DNA of 58,340 bases, taken from an uncultured Anaerolineaceae bacterium (lineage in GTDB: Bacteria > Chloroflexota > Anaerolineae > 4572-78). Below the pieces are notes generated by a model that had not been told where the DNA came from, ran no database searches, and worked only from the letters and a program-made list of their open reading frames with translations. Within the stretch, counting starts at the first letter, position 1, and each line of letters opens with the position of its first letter. The position numbers and the translations under genes were made by a program. The DNA is taken from the NCBI GenBank assembly GCA_964413895.1, contig CAYPUV010000002.1:1-58340 (forward strand), written 5' to 3'. Shown piece after piece: positions 26,092 through 34,265 of the stretch.

Positions 26092-27072
26092 ATGAAAAAG
26101 TTACTGTTGCTATTACTGGGGACGTCTATTTTAGCCTGTGGACAGTTAATTACTCCAGAACCTTCTCCAATTGCTACCCAAGATACACCTCCTTCAGCGT
26201 TGAACGTGACGTTGTTGCCCACGGTTACGGCGCGGCCAACGGCTACCCCTCGCCCGGCTACGCCTGCACCCACCCCCACCCCCACAATGACACCGACCCC
26301 TATTCTTTACACGGTGCAAGCGGGAGATACGTTGTTGGGGATTGCCATTGCATACGGTGTGTCTGCCGAAGCTATTCAAACTGCCAATGGGATTATCGAT
26401 CCACGCTCACTGCAAATTGACCAGGTGCTAATCATCCCTAATCCAGAAGATGAGGCAGGCGCGCAGCCCACCGCCACCGCCACGCCGTTTCCAGTGGTGG
26501 TACAGGGGGTAAATTTTCTGGAAAATCCGGCCGGTAGTTTGTGGAGTTTTGGGGAAATGGTTAACCCTGGCAGCACAACGCTGTCTGAAATGGTGGTGGA
26601 GGTAAACTTGTATGATGCCGAGGGGGCGTTGTTGGCTTCTAAAGCCGCGTACACCCAGCTTGATATTTTATCGCCGGGGCAAAGCGTGCCCTTTGCCCTG
26701 TTGTTTGACGACCCGCCCTCATCATTTGCCCAATATCAGGTTTCTGCTGTATCGGCGGTGCCGCTGCAAGGTGAAACACGCTACTACCTGGATCTAACTC
26801 CGGTTGAAGTGTCGGTGGCGCAGCAGGGACCATTGAGCTACCGCATCAGTGGCCAGTTGGAAAACGCCGGTCTTAGCAGTGCAGAATCCATCAAATTGGT
26901 GGCGACCGCTTACGATGACGCCAACAAAGTTGTGGCCGCGCGTCAGGCGGCGTTGGATGTGGTCGTGTTGCGCAGTCACGCCCGCACGCCCTTTCAAATT
27001 GACCTTACACTCCCCGCTGATGTTAAGGTTAGCCGGTACGCAGTGCAAGCACAAGGATTAAAATCCCCATAA
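26092..27072 (+). CDS. LysM-domain lipoprotein with FxLYD-like C-terminal domains
   Basis: Lipoprotein signal MKKLLLLLLGTSILAC. Pro/Thr linker. LysM segment YTVQAGDTLLGIAIAYGVSAEAIQTANGI. xxLYD-like motifs VNLYDAEG and ATAYDDANK. Confidence 0.8.
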   Translation: MKKLLLLLLGTSILACGQLITPEPSPIATQDTPPSALNVTLLPTVTARPTATPRPATPAPTPTPTMTPTPILYTVQAGDTLLGIAIAYGVSAEAIQTANGIIDPRSLQIDQVLIIPNPEDEAGAQPTATATPFPVVVQGVNFLENPAGSLWSFGEMVNPGSTTLSEMVVEVNLYDAEGALLASKAAYTQLDILSPGQSVPFALLFDDPPSSFAQYQVSAVSAVPLQGETRYYLDLTPVEVSVAQQGPLSYRISGQLENAGLSSAESIKLVATAYDDANKVVAARQAALDVVVLRSHARTPFQIDLTLPADVKVSRYAVQAQGLKSP

Positions 27073-27101
27073 ACGTATTTGCAAAATTAATGAGGTATTG
27101 T

Positions 27102-27767
27102 ATGAAGAAGTATCGTCTATTGCAACTTGCTTTTCAGCTACTTTTCAAAATCATTGCCAAAATCAAGGTGACCGGCTTGGAGAATTTTCCACGCAAAGGG
27201 CCGTTTATCCTGGCCGTGAATCATTTAGCTCTTATTGACCCGGTTGTGCTGCTGGCAGTTTTGCCGGTGCAAAGAATTACCGTTTTTGTGGCCAGAAAAT
27301 GGGAAAAAGCATTTTTTGTTGGTTGGTTTGTGCGCACAATGGGCGGAATTTTTGTGCATCGCGGCGAAGTTGATCGCCGTGCGCTGCAGGCTTCGTTGAA
27401 GGTCTTGAAAAATGGCGGCATTCTGGGCCTGGCTCCCGAAGGCACACGCAGCAAAACCGGCGGACTGATGCGCGCCAAACCCGGCGTGGCATATCTGGCG
27501 TCCAAAGCAAACGTTCCCATTCTACCTATCGGCATATCTGGGCAGCGAGATTTTTTGCAGACGTTGCTGCGTCTCCGGCGACTGCGGTTGCACGTAAACA
27601 TTGGAAGACTCATCTACTTGCCGCAAGTTTCCGGCCCATACAAAATGGCGCAGTTGCAAGAATACGCCGACCAGGTGATGATTGCCATTGGCAGGCTCAT
27701 TGAGCCAGAGCTGCGTGGCGTTTATGCAGCAACTATCGAACGGGCAGACGCCACGGCGCAACATTAA
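27102..27767 (+). CDS. plsC: 1-acyl-sn-glycerol-3-phosphate acyltransferase family
   Basis: ORF 27090..27767. I prefer the ATG at 27102 because GAGG lies 9 nt upstream. Motifs present: NHLALIDP (HX4D-type block) and APEGTRS. Confidence 0.8.
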   Translation: MKKYRLLQLAFQLLFKIIAKIKVTGLENFPRKGPFILAVNHLALIDPVVLLAVLPVQRITVFVARKWEKAFFVGWFVRTMGGIFVHRGEVDRRALQASLKVLKNGGILGLAPEGTRSKTGGLMRAKPGVAYLASKANVPILPIGISGQRDFLQTLLRLRRLRLHVNIGRLIYLPQVSGPYKMAQLQEYADQVMIAIGRLIEPELRGVYAATIERADATAQH

Positions 27768-27805
27768 CATTCCTGGCTAATCTTTCATCGAGGTTGATAA
27801 AACTT

Positions 27806-28555
27806 ATGAGCAATACACCCATCATCGGCGTCCCATGTCGACACGACACCAGCGGCTATTATGGCAACCGGCCCGTCAATTCGCAAAATAACGCTTACAT
27901 TACAGCGATTATCAATGCCGGAGGCGCGCCATTCCTCATTCCGGTGCAAGTGGATGAGGAGAAATTACAAAAATTGTATACCATGGCGGATGGCATTTTG
28001 CTCACCGGCGGCGGCGATGTTGATCCTGCCTGGTATAATCAACCACCCCATCCCGCCACGGCAGGTATTCAAACCGACCGCGACCAGGTAGAAATCACAC
28101 TGGCGCGATGGGCTTCAGCAGGCAGCAAACCATTGTTGGGAATATGTCGTGGCCTGCAAGTGATGACGGTGGCCGCCGGGGGAACATTGTGCCAGGATAT
28201 TAATTCTGAAATGCCCGACGCAAGCCGCCACGACTATTTGTATCGCAAAGGTGGCTATGCCAGAAATTACCTGGCTCATCATGTTACAGTGAAGCCAGAA
28301 TCTCGACTGGCGCAGATTATCCAGGCTGAAACAATTGCCGTGAACAGCCTGCACCATCAGGCTATTCAGAGCGCGCCAAAACCCTACCAGATCATCGCTT
28401 ACGCACAAGATGGTGTGCCAGAAGCCATTGATTTGCCGGGACACCCTTTTTGCTGCGGGGTACAATGGCATCCAGAAGAATTGGTAGACGATGAAGAAGC
28501 CGCGCGGAAAATCTTTTCTGCCTTCGTTGCGGCGTGCCGGGCCGCCGCAAAATAA
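27806..28555 (+). CDS. Class I glutamine amidotransferase, peptidase C26 / gamma-glutamyl-GABA hydrolase-like
   Basis: ORF 27794..28555 trimmed to the ATG at 27806. Nucleophile elbow GICRGLQ, SLHHQAI, and the catalytic His region QWHPE. Confidence 0.8.
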   Translation: MSNTPIIGVPCRHDTSGYYGNRPVNSQNNAYITAIINAGGAPFLIPVQVDEEKLQKLYTMADGILLTGGGDVDPAWYNQPPHPATAGIQTDRDQVEITLARWASAGSKPLLGICRGLQVMTVAAGGTLCQDINSEMPDASRHDYLYRKGGYARNYLAHHVTVKPESRLAQIIQAETIAVNSLHHQAIQSAPKPYQIIAYAQDGVPEAIDLPGHPFCCGVQWHPEELVDDEEAARKIFSAFVAACRAAAK

Positions 28556-28558
28556 ACA

Positions 28559-29380
28559 ATGATTGACAACCGTCCAATTGGTGTGTTCGATTCTGGGGTG
28601 GGTGGGCTGACCGTGTGGCGGCAGATGGTCAAGTTGCTGCCACACGAATCAACCATTTATGTGGCCGATGGTGCAAATTGCCCCTATGGTCCCAAAGACC
28701 CGCAAACGATTGTTTCCCTTTCCACCGAAATTACGCGCTTTTTGCTGGCACAACAGTGTAAAATGATTGTGGTAGCCTGCAATACAGCCAGTGCAGCAGC
28801 GCTTTGGGCGCTCCGCGCTCAATTTTCTGTACCGTTTGTGGGAATGGAGCCAGCAGTTAAACCGGCAGCACGCGCCACGCGCACGGGACACATCGGTGTG
28901 CTGGCAACCGAAGGCACGCTTCAAGGGGACCTGTTTAACCACACCACGCAACAATATGCCCGCGACGTGATTGTTCATCGGCAGGTAGCGCACGGATTGG
29001 TGGCGCTGGTTGAAGCGGGTGAATTTTCTGGCCGGCGCACCGAAAATCTGCTGCGGCAATATCTACGGCCAATGCAGGCGGAAGGGATTGACCAGCTTGT
29101 GCTGGGCTGCACGCACTATCCCTTTTTAATTCCAGCAATAGAAAGAGTTGTGGGCAAAACAGTATCCATCATCGACCCGGCCGAGGCAGTTGCGCGGCAA
29201 GTGCAGCGGATATTAACGCAGCTTGAGCAAGCTGCCGCTGCCAATTCTGTGCCGCAGCATCGCTTTTTTTCCACCGGCACGCCTGACACCCTGCAGCGCA
29301 TTTTGGCAAAAATTGACGCGCCTCCCTGTACGGTTGAATCGTTGGCGTGGTGTGACGGTCGCTTGAGTCAATCGCCGTGA
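28559..29380 (+). CDS. murI: Glutamate racemase
   Basis: Motifs IGVFDSGVGGLTV, VVACNTAS and LGCTHYP. Confidence 0.92.
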   Translation: MIDNRPIGVFDSGVGGLTVWRQMVKLLPHESTIYVADGANCPYGPKDPQTIVSLSTEITRFLLAQQCKMIVVACNTASAAALWALRAQFSVPFVGMEPAVKPAARATRTGHIGVLATEGTLQGDLFNHTTQQYARDVIVHRQVAHGLVALVEAGEFSGRRTENLLRQYLRPMQAEGIDQLVLGCTHYPFLIPAIERVVGKTVSIIDPAEAVARQVQRILTQLEQAAAANSVPQHRFFSTGTPDTLQRILAKIDAPPCTVESLAWCDGRLSQSP

Positions 29381-29958
29381 GCATTGATCCAGGCGGCGAT
29401 GGCAGGTTGGTGGGCGAGGAGCAGACTGTACACTCGATGGGCCTGGATGAGATGGTCAATTTGTGCGCCAGATGAAAAGGCGCTCCATTCGTCTGCCCAG
29501 GCGGGAAGTTGATTGTGTACCTGTTGGGCAAATGCCAGCAGCGCTGCGGGAGGATGTTGTGGAGGAGTGTTTGGGGGAGCTTGTGTGGATTGCAGGGCAA
29601 AACCGGGTGACGTCACCGGTGGCGATCCATACCCGGCGAGGATGGTTTTATTTGCCAGCCAGATGATGAGCCATTGCGCCGAATCTGGCACAGCCACACA
29701 CCGAACCTTCCGGTGATTGAGGGTGGTTTTCCACGCCCTGATTGGTGGGGCGGCAAGTGCGCGGCGCAACTGTGCCAAATATGCGGCGGGGGTTTGCGCG
29801 GTGATGGTGTATGTCAGGCGCGTTTCGCGCAGAAAGGCCGCTTCCAGGGCGGGGAGTGTGTAACCGGGGGCAATCACATCGCCCTGCCAAAAGTCACCCC
29901 ATAGCGCTGGGTCTGCTGCCAGCGGGGCAGGGGTAAAGATAAGCAGAGACACATTCAA
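29368..29958 (-). CDS. Hypothetical Ala/Pro-rich protein (about 196 aa)
   Basis: This is the downstream part of ORF 29368..30195. A TTG at 29958 overlaps the upstream stop as TTGA (29958-29955), and a GTG at 29952 is an alternative start. The 3' end overlaps the murI 3' end by 13 nt. I recognise no motif. Confidence 0.45.
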   Translation of the reverse strand: MNVSLLIFTPAPLAADPALWGDFWQGDVIAPGYTLPALEAAFLRETRLTYTITAQTPAAYLAQLRRALAAPPIRAWKTTLNHRKVRCVAVPDSAQWLIIWLANKTILAGYGSPPVTSPGFALQSTQAPPNTPPQHPPAALLAFAQQVHNQLPAWADEWSAFSSGAQIDHLIQAHRVYSLLLAHQPAIAAWINAHGD

Positions 29959-30626
29959 TAGGTAACAATGCGCGGCAGGTCTTTTGCCTGCGCCACCCAA
30001 TCGGCAACCTGCGCGGCGGTGGGGAGCTTGCGAACCAGGTTCCTGGTTTCGTTGACGGCTGTCATTTTGGTGTGGAGATTGTCTGGGTTGCGCTGGGCCA
30101 ACTCTGGCACGGTGTCCACACCGGCGGCTTCCAGCAGATCGGCGTATTCTTCGCCAATGCCTTTCACGCGGCTCAAATCGACGCGGTTGACCCATTCCAG
30201 GATCAATTTGTCGCTGATGCCAGTTTTTTCGGCGACGGCCTTTCGCCCTGCCAACGTTGCACCCTGTTCCAAAAGCGCGTCGGTGGTGGCAATGCCCGCA
30301 TCTTGTAATTGCTGCGCGAAAACGGCTCCAATGCCTTCAACAGTTGTTAAATTTGCCATCATCTCCTCCTTAAAGTGTTGAGCTGGGTGTGCGGCGATCA
30401 ACGCCAGTTTTTGGGTGCGAGATAATCGTTTAATAGCCTGCTCTCGTTTTAAAGCGCTGCTCTGGTCGGGGAGCATTTCCGCATAGACCAGTTTTACGGG
30501 CAAGCGACTGCGGGTGTATTTTGCCCCCTGTCCGGCATTGTGGGCCTTCAGTCGCCGCGCCAGATCCGTTGTCCAGCCGGTGTATAAGGTTTTGTCTCTG
30601 CATTCCAGAATGTATACTGTGGGCAC
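29955..30626 (-). CDS. GIY-YIG nuclease-family domain fused to a DUF4332-like (helix-hairpin-helix) domain
   Basis: GTG start 2 nt after the tyrA stop. The N-terminus reads VYILECRDKTLYTGWTTDLARRLKAHNAG...REQAIKRL. The C-terminal half has two HhH-like repeats, VEGIGAVFAQQLQDAGI and VKGIGEEYADLLEAAGV. Confidence 0.75.
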   Translation of the reverse strand: MPTVYILECRDKTLYTGWTTDLARRLKAHNAGQGAKYTRSRLPVKLVYAEMLPDQSSALKREQAIKRLSRTQKLALIAAHPAQHFKEEMMANLTTVEGIGAVFAQQLQDAGIATTDALLEQGATLAGRKAVAEKTGISDKLILEWVNRVDLSRVKGIGEEYADLLEAAGVDTVPELAQRNPDNLHTKMTAVNETRNLVRKLPTAAQVADWVAQAKDLPRIVTY

Positions 30627-30628
30627 GG

Positions 30629-31585
30629 CTACCTGTTGCCAAAACCCAGGAGTTGCTTGAACAGGTTTGGCTTTTCTACAGTCTCTTTTCCCGTTGCATG
30701 GAGATTGCTGAGAGCATTCGCTTCAAAATCTTTTTGCCAGTTTGTGCGCGCCACGACAGCCCGGTCAACAAACTGAGCCAGCGCTTCAGCTTCACCCTCT
30801 TCCAGTAGCGATTTAGCAGTTTGCAATGTTTGAATAGTTGTGTCGATCCAGCGGGTGAGGTTGTTTCTGTTATTTAAAAATGTGGCTGCCAGAGCATCTG
30901 GGTCGCCGGTAGCCCCGGTTGAAACTTGCGAAAAAAGCGCCCCGGCCAATTTTCGCGCTTCTTGCCATGCTTGTGGCTCGCTAACGGTGTGCGTCAAGGC
31001 AATGCTGAGCAAGGCGGGCAAATCGTTTACGCCGCAAACAAGACCATCATGTTCCAGCGGGTCCAGATAAAAGGGGGTCCCGCCGATCAGCGTCACCATA
31101 TCTTCCAGCAGTTTTATCGCTTCTGGCACTACGGAAGGTGACGGGGTGAGACAGTAGAGCGTATCCTGAAACAGGTCGGCACGGGCGTACGCCGGGCCGT
31201 TTCCCGCTGGAGAAACAATGGGATTGCCGCCCACAAAATGCACGTGTTTCGGCAAGATGGATTCCGCCATCTTGATGATGTCAGCCTTTGTTTGGGCCGT
31301 ATCAGAAACAATCGCGTCTTCTTTAAGATCGTTGGCTATGGCCGTAAGGGTGGATTCAATTTCGTTGGCAGGGATTGCCAGTACAATCAGGTCGGCGTCA
31401 GCGCAGGCATTGATCAGGTTCCAATTTGATTTATCGAAGGCGCCCATTTTCACAGCCTGTTTGGTGTGCAGGGGGTCTTTATCATGCCCAATTAATTGGG
31501 GACTGTCTTCAAGTTGCTGCAGGGCCAGCCCCAGCGATGTGCCAACGGCTCCCGCCCCGATAACAGTTATGGTTACATCACTCAT
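30629..31585 (-). CDS. tyrA: Prephenate/arogenate dehydrogenase family protein
   Basis: Rossmann N-terminus ITVIGAGAVGTSLGLAL, followed by the region HFVGGNPI typical of TyrA. Confidence 0.7.
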   Translation of the reverse strand: MSDVTITVIGAGAVGTSLGLALQQLEDSPQLIGHDKDPLHTKQAVKMGAFDKSNWNLINACADADLIVLAIPANEIESTLTAIANDLKEDAIVSDTAQTKADIIKMAESILPKHVHFVGGNPIVSPAGNGPAYARADLFQDTLYCLTPSPSVVPEAIKLLEDMVTLIGGTPFYLDPLEHDGLVCGVNDLPALLSIALTHTVSEPQAWQEARKLAGALFSQVSTGATGDPDALAATFLNNRNNLTRWIDTTIQTLQTAKSLLEEGEAEALAQFVDRAVVARTNWQKDFEANALSNLHATGKETVEKPNLFKQLLGFGNR

Positions 31586-31600
31586 AAAATTTCCTCGGTA

Positions 31601-32659
31601 CTAATTTTGTGCTGTCAATTGAGCCAATTGGCCGCGAGTCTCTTTGACCAGGGTTTCCGTGTTTTCAATGGTCTCTTGCAATTCTTCAATGGCGTTTTCT
31701 AAATGGAGCGGGACTTCCAGTGGCCCATATTTGGCTTTTTTAATTTGTAGTTTGTTCAGGTTGGCGTATTGAATGTTCAATTGGGTAAGTAAGCCGTTTA
31801 ATTTTGTGTTCAATACTTCCAGTTCCAGTTGCTGGTTTTGCAATGCGGCTGTTTCAATTTGCGCCCGGTCTGATAGCCCCACAACCGTTTGGCTGACGGC
31901 TTCAAGATTGCTGTCTTGCTGCATTTGCTCCAGATGTTCCAGTGTATTTGGGGTTTTTGCAAGCATGTCACGGGTGTTGGTTAACTTGGCTTGCAGGCTT
32001 GCTATTTCTTGTGCCAGGTCTGGGTTTTGCGTGCGTTCTATTTCGGTGCGGAGTTGCGCCAGCAGCGTGGAGAGTTTTTGGCTCTGGGTAGACATTGAGG
32101 CCAACGCCACAACCCGTTCGTAAAACAAATTCAAGTCGCTGGCTGTGGCACGCTGGTTTTCGTACAGCGCTACGGTAACCTGCTCAATTTGTGTGCTTCC
32201 CATAACGTAATCGGCAATGGTGCGGGTCATTGCTTCGGCGGTAACTTGAAACAGCATCCCCGCCGACCCCGTGGCCAGCGCAGGGAAGGCAAGATGACGG
32301 GCGTGCAGCGCATCGGCCAGGCGCAAACACCGTCGGGTGGCGGCCTGAACGGTCGGGCCAGCGGCAAATTGCAATACTGGTTCCAGGTCGATGGTGACCA
32401 CGTGAAAGATGTATTTGGCGGGCAGTTGTCCGGCAGTGGTGACGATTACATCGCCCAACGCCAGCGACGTGTGCTTGCGCGCATCATCAACAATGGCAGC
32501 GCCACCAGCATTTAAGATGGCTTTGGAAACGCCGCCGCGCATGCTCAGTTGACTGTCATCAGAACTGACCAGCACATCAGCGTCAACAGTTGTGATGTCG
32601 GCGTAGGTGACGCGGAAAATAGTGTTGTTTAGTTGGTAATTCGCGGTTCGTATTTCCAT
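31601..32659 (-). CDS. Macro-domain (ADP-ribose-binding/hydrolase-like) protein with a long C-terminal coiled coil
   Basis: Macro motifs ADITTVDADVLVSSDD, RGGVSKAILNAGG and AFPALATGSAG are in residues 1-180. Residues about 185-352 are Q/L/E/N-rich and heptad-like. Confidence 0.78.
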   Translation of the reverse strand: MEIRTANYQLNNTIFRVTYADITTVDADVLVSSDDSQLSMRGGVSKAILNAGGAAIVDDARKHTSLALGDVIVTTAGQLPAKYIFHVVTIDLEPVLQFAAGPTVQAATRRCLRLADALHARHLAFPALATGSAGMLFQVTAEAMTRTIADYVMGSTQIEQVTVALYENQRATASDLNLFYERVVALASMSTQSQKLSTLLAQLRTEIERTQNPDLAQEIASLQAKLTNTRDMLAKTPNTLEHLEQMQQDSNLEAVSQTVVGLSDRAQIETAALQNQQLELEVLNTKLNGLLTQLNIQYANLNKLQIKKAKYGPLEVPLHLENAIEELQETIENTETLVKETRGQLAQLTAQN

Positions 32660-32678
32660 ATCGCAGTGCCAAAAAAAA

Positions 32679-33221
32679 TCAATTGCGGTTGTCTGCTTTG
32701 TATAGTTGGCGATGCAAGGTTTCGAGCAGGGTGGTGTTGTGGTTGGCGGGCAGTTGCCGGTGCATTTTGATGAGCGTTACGGTCAGCGCGTCGCAGCCCG
32801 CATTTCTGGCCCAGTCTGCCCCAATTTGAGGGTGGTGAGCGTTGACAACAAAGGGGCGTTGCCAGGCCGGACTGTCAAGTGGTGCATTGCTCAATTTGGC
32901 CAGAGCAGCGGGCCATAATGATTTAAGTAGTACCACCAATACGCGGTAAACAAGTGGTTGCCCCAATGCCTTCCCCACATCATGCAACAAGGCGGCCTGT
33001 TGTAATGCCGGGTGGGTGTGTCCCTGTTGATGCAGTGTTTGCAGTACCGCAATTGCGTGCTGCTGGTCGGAACGGGGCATCCGTTGGAACAGGCTGAGCG
33101 CCGATGGGTTTTGTTGCAAGACCGATGTTACCAACAACCAGTCTTCGGGAGTGATGGAGGGGTGCAGAGCGGCAAAGAACTGTCTGGCGCGATAGTGGGC
33201 GGCTTTGAGTATCCTGGTCAT
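32679..33221 (-). CDS. HD-domain phosphohydrolase-like protein
   Basis: Metal motifs QQHAIAVL and AALLHDVGK. The ATG overlaps the upstream stop as TAATG (33223-33219). Confidence 0.72.
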   Translation of the reverse strand: MTRILKAAHYRARQFFAALHPSITPEDWLLVTSVLQQNPSALSLFQRMPRSDQQHAIAVLQTLHQQGHTHPALQQAALLHDVGKALGQPLVYRVLVVLLKSLWPAALAKLSNAPLDSPAWQRPFVVNAHHPQIGADWARNAGCDALTVTLIKMHRQLPANHNTTLLETLHRQLYKADNRN

Positions 33222-34090
33222 TACGTTAGCAAGCTTACCACAAGGTTGGTGGGGCCGATAATCAATCCGCTAAAAACAGGACCACCAAAAAATACCAGCA
33301 GCAACAAAATCAGCGGGCCGGCAGGTTCCAATTTGTGAAACGATTGCGACGCCGGGTAGGGCAGCAATCCTGCTACCACATTGAATCCATCGAGGGGAGC
33401 AATAGGCAACAGGTTAAAAAAGACCAACACAATATTCAACCAGATAAAAATGAAGAAAAGTTCCTGTGGATTGGGCAAAAAACGAGAGACGTAATATGTT
33501 TCCACCAGGCCCATCCGTACCGGCAGCGACGCCAGAATCGCCAGAAGCAGGTTCGATAGTGGCCCGGCAGCGGCAACCATTGCCATCCCTGCTTTAGGGC
33601 CATTTTTAAGATTATAGGGATTTACCGGCACCGGCTTGGCCCAGCCGAAACCAACGGCCAGCACCATAATGCTGCCCAATACGTCCAAATGTTTGCGCGG
33701 GTCAAGCGTCAGCCGTCCTTGATTTTTGGCCGTAGGGTCGCCCAGTCGATAGGCTACCCAGGCGTGAGAGAACTCGTGCACGCTAAATGCAATGACCAGC
33801 ACAATGGCAAACGCAATTGTTTGGGCAATAGAGCGCCCGCGCAAGATATTTTGGATAAAGCTGATGATGAAGAACGCAATGATGGGGCTAATGTCCATCA
33901 TTCCCATCCGACTGAAGGGACGCAGGGGGAGCAGAATGGGGTCGGTGAGGCGATACATCCAGCGCACAATAGGGTTCAACGGGTCAATGTGAATACCGGC
34001 CATCGGCAGCCACGATAGCAAGACCCGAGCCAGAATTATCCACTTAAGAATTTCAAGCAGGGCAACAATTATATTTGTAACAATGTCCAT
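33221..34090 (-). CDS. YggT-like membrane domain fused to a site-2 protease (peptidase M50) domain
   Basis: ORF 33221..34207 trimmed to MDIVTNII (ATG at 34090). The N-terminal roughly 90 aa is YggT-like (ARVLLSWLP...LTDPILLPLRPF). The HExxH motif HEFSHAW follows, then DPRKH and several TM helices. Confidence 0.75.
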   Translation of the reverse strand: MDIVTNIIVALLEILKWIILARVLLSWLPMAGIHIDPLNPIVRWMYRLTDPILLPLRPFSRMGMMDISPIIAFFIISFIQNILRGRSIAQTIAFAIVLVIAFSVHEFSHAWVAYRLGDPTAKNQGRLTLDPRKHLDVLGSIMVLAVGFGWAKPVPVNPYNLKNGPKAGMAMVAAAGPLSNLLLAILASLPVRMGLVETYYVSRFLPNPQELFFIFIWLNIVLVFFNLLPIAPLDGFNVVAGLLPYPASQSFHKLEPAGPLILLLLVFFGGPVFSGLIIGPTNLVVSLLT

Positions 34091-34180
34091 TAATCTGTCC
34101 TGTGTTGTTGTATTGAAAGGTGTATTGATGGTGCTACCGCCCACAGATTCCACAAATTTTGGTGTGGAGCAAGCAGGGTG

Positions 34181-34208
34181 ATTATAACATAGGCGCAAAC
34201 AATTCAAA
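34181..34208 (-). promoter_or_regulatory. Extended -10 promoter for the six-gene minus-strand operon
   Basis: On the minus strand: -35 TTTGAA (34208-34203), 16-nt spacer, TGTTATAAT with the hexamer at 34186-34181. It lies about 90 nt upstream of the ATG at 34090. Confidence 0.45.
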
Positions 34209-34265
34209 AGAAGTAAGCGGGTCTATTTTAGTTTGGGGGAGGGTTTTGGATTTTATTGGTGCCAT

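Noticed and set aside
29959-30195. The upstream 79 codons of ORF 29368..30195 (Arg/Gly/Pro-rich).
   Set aside because: This part lies entirely inside the well-supported GIY-YIG-DUF4332 gene, in another frame. Only the portion downstream of the TTGA junction is retained, and at modest confidence.
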